The notes under the pieces: model-generated
Told to the model about the DNA's origin: nothing
Database searches by the model: none
What the model saw: the letters and a program-made list of their open reading frames with translations, nothing else
Source of the DNA: Bacteroidota bacterium
Lineage (GTDB): Bacteria > Bacteroidota > Rhodothermia > Rhodothermales > UBA10348
Length of the DNA: 64,000 nucleotides
Assembly (NCBI GenBank): GCA_029262835.1
Contig: JAJCYQ010000049.1
Span: 16,793 to 80,792, forward strand
Direction: 5' to 3'
Position numbers and translations under genes: made by a program
In this document: in pieces, positions 59,306-64,000 of the stretch
Position numbering within the stretch: position 1 is the first letter of the stretch
How the letters are laid out: the number at the start of each line of letters is the position of its first letter

Positions 59306-61900
59306 CTACCGCGTCCTCGGCCGCTCGTTCTGGAGCGGTGTAATGTCCGCGTTCCAGGAGTCATCGCCAAGCAGGTGCCGCACAAAGTACTCGGCCCGGA
59401 GCCAGAACCAGTAGTCCGACATGCTGCCATAGCCGTGTCGCTGGCCGGGAAAGAGGAAAAAATCGAATCGTTTGTTGGCCTTGATCAGGGCATCGGCCAT
59501 GCGGATGGTCGATGCCGGATGCACGTTGTTGTCCTCGTCGGACGTGGTAAGCAGCAAACGCCCCTTCAAATTGGCCGCGAGCTCCTGGTTGATGCCGATG
59601 TCGAACTTGAATGAGACGTCTCCCGAGTCGGACACCACCTCTTCCACGCCGTTGTGCTGCTCGGACCAGTACCGATTGTAAATCCGATTGTCGTGGTTGC
59701 CGGACGAGGACACGGCCACCTTGAAGAAGTCGGGATAGACGAGCATGGCCGCCGTCGACATGAATCCGCCGCCCGAGTGGCCATAGATACCGATCCGGTC
59801 CAGATCCAGCCACGCGTGCCGCGCTCCAAGCTGCTCGGCGGCCGCTTTCTTGTCGTCCAGGCCGTAATCGCGCAGGTTGCCGTATCCATAATTGTGATAC
59901 CATTTTGAACGCGCCGGATGCCCACCGCGGTTACCTACCGTGATGACAACCATGCCGAACTGGGCCAGCGCGGTCTCGTTGGCCGCGGTCGAAAAGGACT
60001 TGGATACGGCTTCCGTCTGCGGCCCCGGATAGACATATTCGACGAGCGGGTACGCGCGCGTCGAATCAAAATCGAACGGCTTGTACATGACGCCGTAGAG
60101 GTCGGTCGTGCCGTCGGCCGCCTTGACCGTGAAGGGCTCGGGGAAACGGTATCCGGCCTCGAAGAGGCGCGAAAAGTCGGCCTCCTCGAGCGAAAGGACC
60201 TCCTGTCCGTCCGCGCGGAGGAGGGTGGACCGGGGGACGGTGTCGACGCGCGAGAAATTGTTTACGAAGTAGCGTCCCGATGCGCTGGCTGCCGTGCGGT
60301 GGTCAAAATTGCCGGCGTTCAGGAGCCGCAGACCGCGGCCATCGAGTCCGACGCGGTAGAGGTGCAGATAATAGGGATCTTCGCCCGCCTCGCGCCCACC
60401 GGCTTCAAAAAAGAGGACGCCCTCATCTTCTGCAATGCGCTCAACCGAACGGACGGAAAACGGCCCGGAGGTGAGCTGCGTGCGGAGCGTGCCGTCCGGC
60501 GCATAGCGGTACAGATGGGCCCACCCGTCGCGTTCGGACCACCAGATGATGTCGCCTCCTGCCAGCAGGTGGGGCGTCTGGACCTCGATATACGTGTTGA
60601 ATCGCTCCTCGAAGACAATGCTGGCCGTACCTGTTGCTGCATCGATGCGGAGTACATCGACCCGCTTGTAGTCGCGGCTCTGCCGGTACATCAGAAAAAA
60701 ACCCGGCTCGTTGGTGAGCCAGCGCTGCTGGAAGGCCGTCTCGTCTCCTGCATAGCGGAATTGGCGCTCCGTGAAAACGCCCACCTGCTGGTCGGTCCAC
60801 AGCGAGTCGTCGACCGCCCACGTGGAGTCCGCCGTCACCGAGCCTATTTCCAGATGGTACTGCGCCACATCCTTTTCACCCGGCATGCCATATTTGTAGG
60901 TCTCAAGCTCCGGACGGCCTTTTTCCGTTGAATGGATAATCCACAGGTCGCCCACTTTTCGCAGGTCCATGCGCATGACGGTGAAGTACTCGGAGCCCGG
61001 CGACCACACGATATCAGCCCGCTTGCGCTTGTCTCTGCTTTCTTCCACTTCCGAGGCCGTCGAGCCGTGATGCTGGCCGAGCCGCCAGGAACTGGCTACG
61101 TACGAGAAGAATTCCTCGCCGCCCGTTGTGAGCTGGATTTCCTCCACCTCGACATCTTCTTCCGCCTCGTCCGCCTTGTCGCCCGTCTTGCCGCGCCGGG
61201 CATCGAGCAGGAGAGCGTAGTCGTCGCCGCTCATCTTGTACAGGTTCTCATGCCGGGCAAAGACGACCCACGACCCGTCCGGCGCGACAGATGCCCAGCG
61301 TGGGTGGTTATCGGGTTTCTCTGGGTCGCCAAGCTCGCGCAGTGTCTGCGTGCTGACGTCGTATTCAAAGTAGAACACCTTCTTCCGCATTTCCTTCTTG
61401 GGCGCGGCGGTCGAATCCTGCTGCGTGTTGCCCCGCTCTGCCTCCTCGGTCGGGACTTCTTCCTCGACGGACGACTCGACATCGAAGCGAAGCGTGTTGG
61501 CATCCACAAAGACAATGTTGCGGATGGGGAGATGCTTCGCGTCGAACGGGTCGCGCGTAATGCGGGTCAGTTCGGCTGCAATCCGGTCGCGGTCAAAGAC
61601 CTCGCGCCGTACGGCGCGCTCGGGGTCGACGACATACCAGGTCGTTCCATCTGCCGTTTCCCACTCGTACCAGAACGCCTCGCCGTCCGGGATCCAGTTG
61701 GGCCGCACCGAGGTTGAGTAAACCAGATCCCGTATGTTGTAGGGTGCAAACCGGGCGGCGAGCTCATGATTGGCGCGGTTTTGAGCGCGTGCATGAGAGG
61801 CCGTGCCAATGGGCAGAAGAATGCTGGCAATGAGAACGAGTACTGCGTGGCGCAGGGTAATAGCGTGGCGCATGGGAAAACCGGTTGATTCCATGGACAA
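59306..61900 (-). CDS. S9 family serine peptidase (DPP IV N-terminal propeller plus prolyl oligopeptidase catalytic domain)
   Basis: 864 aa with a signal peptide, nucleophile elbow GIYGHSGGGFMS, and a C-terminal D...H region (DEDNNVHPAS, GQRHGY). Confidence 0.9.
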   Translation of the reverse strand: MSMESTGFPMRHAITLRHAVLVLIASILLPIGTASHARAQNRANHELAARFAPYNIRDLVYSTSVRPNWIPDGEAFWYEWETADGTTWYVVDPERAVRREVFDRDRIAAELTRITRDPFDAKHLPIRNIVFVDANTLRFDVESSVEEEVPTEEAERGNTQQDSTAAPKKEMRKKVFYFEYDVSTQTLRELGDPEKPDNHPRWASVAPDGSWVVFARHENLYKMSGDDYALLLDARRGKTGDKADEAEEDVEVEEIQLTTGGEEFFSYVASSWRLGQHHGSTASEVEESRDKRKRADIVWSPGSEYFTVMRMDLRKVGDLWIIHSTEKGRPELETYKYGMPGEKDVAQYHLEIGSVTADSTWAVDDSLWTDQQVGVFTERQFRYAGDETAFQQRWLTNEPGFFLMYRQSRDYKRVDVLRIDAATGTASIVFEERFNTYIEVQTPHLLAGGDIIWWSERDGWAHLYRYAPDGTLRTQLTSGPFSVRSVERIAEDEGVLFFEAGGREAGEDPYYLHLYRVGLDGRGLRLLNAGNFDHRTAASASGRYFVNNFSRVDTVPRSTLLRADGQEVLSLEEADFSRLFEAGYRFPEPFTVKAADGTTDLYGVMYKPFDFDSTRAYPLVEYVYPGPQTEAVSKSFSTAANETALAQFGMVVITVGNRGGHPARSKWYHNYGYGNLRDYGLDDKKAAAEQLGARHAWLDLDRIGIYGHSGGGFMSTAAMLVYPDFFKVAVSSSGNHDNRIYNRYWSEQHNGVEEVVSDSGDVSFKFDIGINQELAANLKGRLLLTTSDEDNNVHPASTIRMADALIKANKRFDFFLFPGQRHGYGSMSDYWFWLRAEYFVRHLLGDDSWNADITPLQNERPRTR

Positions 61901-62155
61901 TAACGAACGAATCCGATTTCAGAAAATACTTCTTTCACTTTATGACGATTCGAGGCCGACCAACGAAGACCGTACATCCGGCCGCGGCACGGTCTAAAGG
62001 ACGGGAAGATTCGTCAGGACGCGATCGCGGGCAGACGTCTTCTTTCGCTCGGTGCGTAGCGCGGAAAGCATCCTGAAACGGTGGGTGGAGGAGTACTGAC
62101 TTGTTGTGCCGCAATGGTGTGGCGACTTTTTTGGGTCAACTCGTAACCAGGTTAT

Positions 62156-62172
62156 GTTTTATTCGATAAAAC
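62156..62172. promoter_or_regulatory. palindrome GTTTTAT-tcg-ATAAAAC upstream of padR
   Basis: 7-bp perfect arms, 41-57 bp upstream of the padR ATG, flanked by ATGT repeats. Confidence 0.4.
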
Positions 62173-62212
62173 AAATGTCCAAACCTACAACCCGTCTGTT
62201 ATCCACTGAGAG

Positions 62213-62548
62213 ATGAAGCTCCTTTCGCGCACCGAAGAACTGCTCATGCTGACCGTTTGGAAACTGCGGGAAGACGCCTACAGTCTTTCTGTCCAGGAGG
62301 CAATGAGCGAGTTACTGGGAAAGCCGGTATCCATCGGTGCGGTCTATGTGCCGCTGGAAAGATTAGCCAAGCATGGTCTGCTCAAGACGCGCGAAGCTGC
62401 TCCAGAGGATCGTCGAGGTGGCCGTCGCAAGCGGTTCTACGAAGTGACGGCCAAAGGGCATGCTGCTCTGGCCGCCATTGATGCCGTGCAGAAGCGTGCC
62501 TGGTCTGGATGGACGATCCCGGGTTCATTGAACGAGGTAAAAACATGA
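62213..62548 (+). CDS. PadR family transcriptional regulator
   Basis: 111 aa with winged-helix pattern LLMLTVWKLREDAYSLSVQEAM ... IGAVYVPLERLAKHGLL ... RKRFYEVTAKG. Confidence 0.88.
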   Translation: MKLLSRTEELLMLTVWKLREDAYSLSVQEAMSELLGKPVSIGAVYVPLERLAKHGLLKTREAAPEDRRGGRRKRFYEVTAKGHAALAAIDAVQKRAWSGWTIPGSLNEVKT

Positions 62549-64000
62549 ATCGCACCTCTCCGGTTTCCCTTCGTCTGGCCAGTTACATCCTGAGTGAAGA
62601 TCACCATTGTCTGATTGGCGATCTCGAATGGACCTGGCGTGCCTTGCGCGATGAACGCGGAAGCGCTTCGGCTCTTGTGTGGTTGTGGGGTACCCTGTTT
62701 ACGCTCGTGCCGCGGCTTGTGCTGCGCGACCTCTTCTGGCAACAAACCATGTTTCGCAATTATCTGACCATCGCCGTTCGCCAACTCAACAAGTTCAAGG
62801 CATTCTCCGCCATCAACGTGCTGGGTTTGGCGCTGAGCATGTCCGTGTGTCTGCTGATGCTGGCCATCGTGCAGGACTATCGCTTGTTCGACTCATTCCA
62901 TCCCGAAGCTGAGCGACTCTATCGAGTGACAAGCAAGGTGCAGGGAGACTGGGGGAAATTCCAGGTCGCCACATCTTCGTTGATGGTGGCCGATCAGCTG
63001 GAGGCTGAATCTGACGATGTTGAATCGGTGCTGCGCATGCGCAAATCAGGAGGCAAGCTGGTGCGTCAGGATGGTCGTGTCGATCATTTCAGTGGTCTGT
63101 ACGCTCAGCCCACTTTCTTCGAGCTGTTCGGGTATGAGCTGGAGCGGGGTGACCCACAGACAGCGCTGGCCGAGCCTTTCCAGATGGTCATCACTCGGGA
63201 ATTGGCCGATCGTTTCTTCCCTGACATAGACCCCTTGGGTCAGATTGTGGAACGCCTATCGGGGTCCTACGAAATCACTGGTGTGGTTGCCGCACCCAAA
63301 GGGCGCTCCCATATTCGTTTCGACGCGCTTGTTTCGTTTGCCAGCCTGCCTTCAGTTCTGGGTGAGCAGCAACGGACGTCCACGCAGGAATGGAACGTCA
63401 ACACATCCTATTACACCTACTTCAGGTTGCGGGATGGTGCATCGACAGCCGGTGTGAATGCATTGCTCGCGGGCTTTCCGGATCGCTTCATGGTGGGTGA
63501 CGAAGCCGTGCCAACCCGGTATGAACTGCAGGCCGTGACGGACGTGAATCTCGGACTGGACTTGTCAAACGAGATTGGGCCTGTGGTGTCCGGATCGACG
63601 ATTTCCATCTTTTTCGTCCTGGCATTCATCCTGATTGCCACGGCCATATTCAATTATATGAATCTGACCGTTTCGCGCTCCCTGCGGCGCTCCGAAGAGC
63701 TGGGTGTGCGAAAAGTGATCGGGGCACATCGTCGCCAACTCATCCAACAGTTCGTAACCGAGTCGATTGTGACCAGTGTGCTTTCACTCGGTTTGGCGGT
63801 CCTCTTTCTTCGGTGGCTGATTCCCGGATTCAACAGTCTCGGATCGATGGCTGACGAGGGAATGGGAATCTCCGTATCCGCTCTTGATCCAGTTCTCCTG
63901 CTCAAGTTTCTCGGCTTCGCCGTGCTCGTAGGCGTTGCGGCGGGTTTGCTTCCAGCCCTGCGGGTCTCGCGCGTTTCTCCGATTGCAGCACTCAGAGGGT
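62545..64000 (+). CDS. FtsX-like ABC transporter permease (MacB-type periplasmic domain), 3' end beyond window
   Basis: Hand translation (not in the ORF track because it runs off the window): MNRTSPVSLRLASYIL ... FRNYLTIAVRQLNKFKAFSAINVLGLALSM ... LGVRKVIGAHRRQLIQQF ... AALRG. ATGA overlap with padR. Confidence 0.85.
   Translation, partial: MNRTSPVSLRLASYILSEDHHCLIGDLEWTWRALRDERGSASALVWLWGTLFTLVPRLVLRDLFWQQTMFRNYLTIAVRQLNKFKAFSAINVLGLALSMSVCLLMLAIVQDYRLFDSFHPEAERLYRVTSKVQGDWGKFQVATSSLMVADQLEAESDDVESVLRMRKSGGKLVRQDGRVDHFSGLYAQPTFFELFGYELERGDPQTALAEPFQMVITRELADRFFPDIDPLGQIVERLSGSYEITGVVAAPKGRSHIRFDALVSFASLPSVLGEQQRTSTQEWNVNTSYYTYFRLRDGASTAGVNALLAGFPDRFMVGDEAVPTRYELQAVTDVNLGLDLSNEIGPVVSGSTISIFFVLAFILIATAIFNYMNLTVSRSLRRSEELGVRKVIGAHRRQLIQQFVTESIVTSVLSLGLAVLFLRWLIPGFNSLGSMADEGMGISVSALDPVLLLKFLGFAVLVGVAAGLLPALRVSRVSPIAALRG

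Noticed and set aside
59918-60931. 337-aa ORF antisense to the S9 peptidase gene, together with similar antisense ORFs at 28507-29334, 31237-32457, 48630-49727 and 44241-45299
   Set aside because: All lie opposite strongly supported genes and have Arg/Gly/Val/Asp-rich antisense-type composition.
61901-62212. Small ORFs (61803-61997, 61885-62076) and short hairpins in the 312-bp gap between the S9 peptidase gene and padR
   Set aside because: The ORFs have non-protein-like composition, and the hairpins are short (7 bp) with long loops. I treat the region as a divergent promoter region. No tRNA-like or known ncRNA motifs were seen.

Overview
GC-rich (roughly 60-65% by eye, not computed) chromosomal window with about 60 tightly packed CDS. 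Many neighbours share 1-4 nt start/stop overlaps (ATGA, GTGA, TGATG). The gene content points to a Rhodothermales-like member of the Bacteroidota/Rhodothermota: a 2611-aa SprA (T9SS translocon), a T9SS C-terminal-domain cargo protein, and an alternative complex III (actABCDEF) fused into a single gene string with SCO1 and a caa3-type cytochrome c oxidase. This taxonomic call is inference. The remaining genes are mostly housekeeping: nadC, accA, metF, ybeY, lipB, dnaX-ybaB-recR, dinB, a phosphofructokinase with a PPi-type signature, trhO, peptidases, transporters and redox enzymes. I saw no rRNA, tRNA, CRISPR array, transposase, integrase, phage gene or recognisable defence system. I could not scan exhaustively by eye. 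The window is mostly ordinary core genome, and I found no clear novel multi-gene system. The best candidates for something undescribed are modest. (1) A 294-bp, fully self-nested element bounded by 33-bp inverted repeats lies between dinB and an orphan ORF. Next to it is an intergenic region crowded with ATGACA/TGTCAT sites. (2) An apparent operon encodes a catalytically dead Y-family polymerase homolog (ImuB-like), an ECF sigma factor and a 2-TM protein, behind an AT-rich palindromic control region 2 kb from dinB. (3) A GT2 glycosyltransferase is fused to a degenerate phosphoglycosyl-transferase-like tail. (4) Two unassigned small membrane proteins are translationally coupled to the ACIII and caa3 clusters. 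Many long ORFs in the track are antisense artefacts of GC-rich coding DNA, and several listed ORFs carry spurious 5' extensions. Starts were re-picked by hand and remain uncertain by a few codons.
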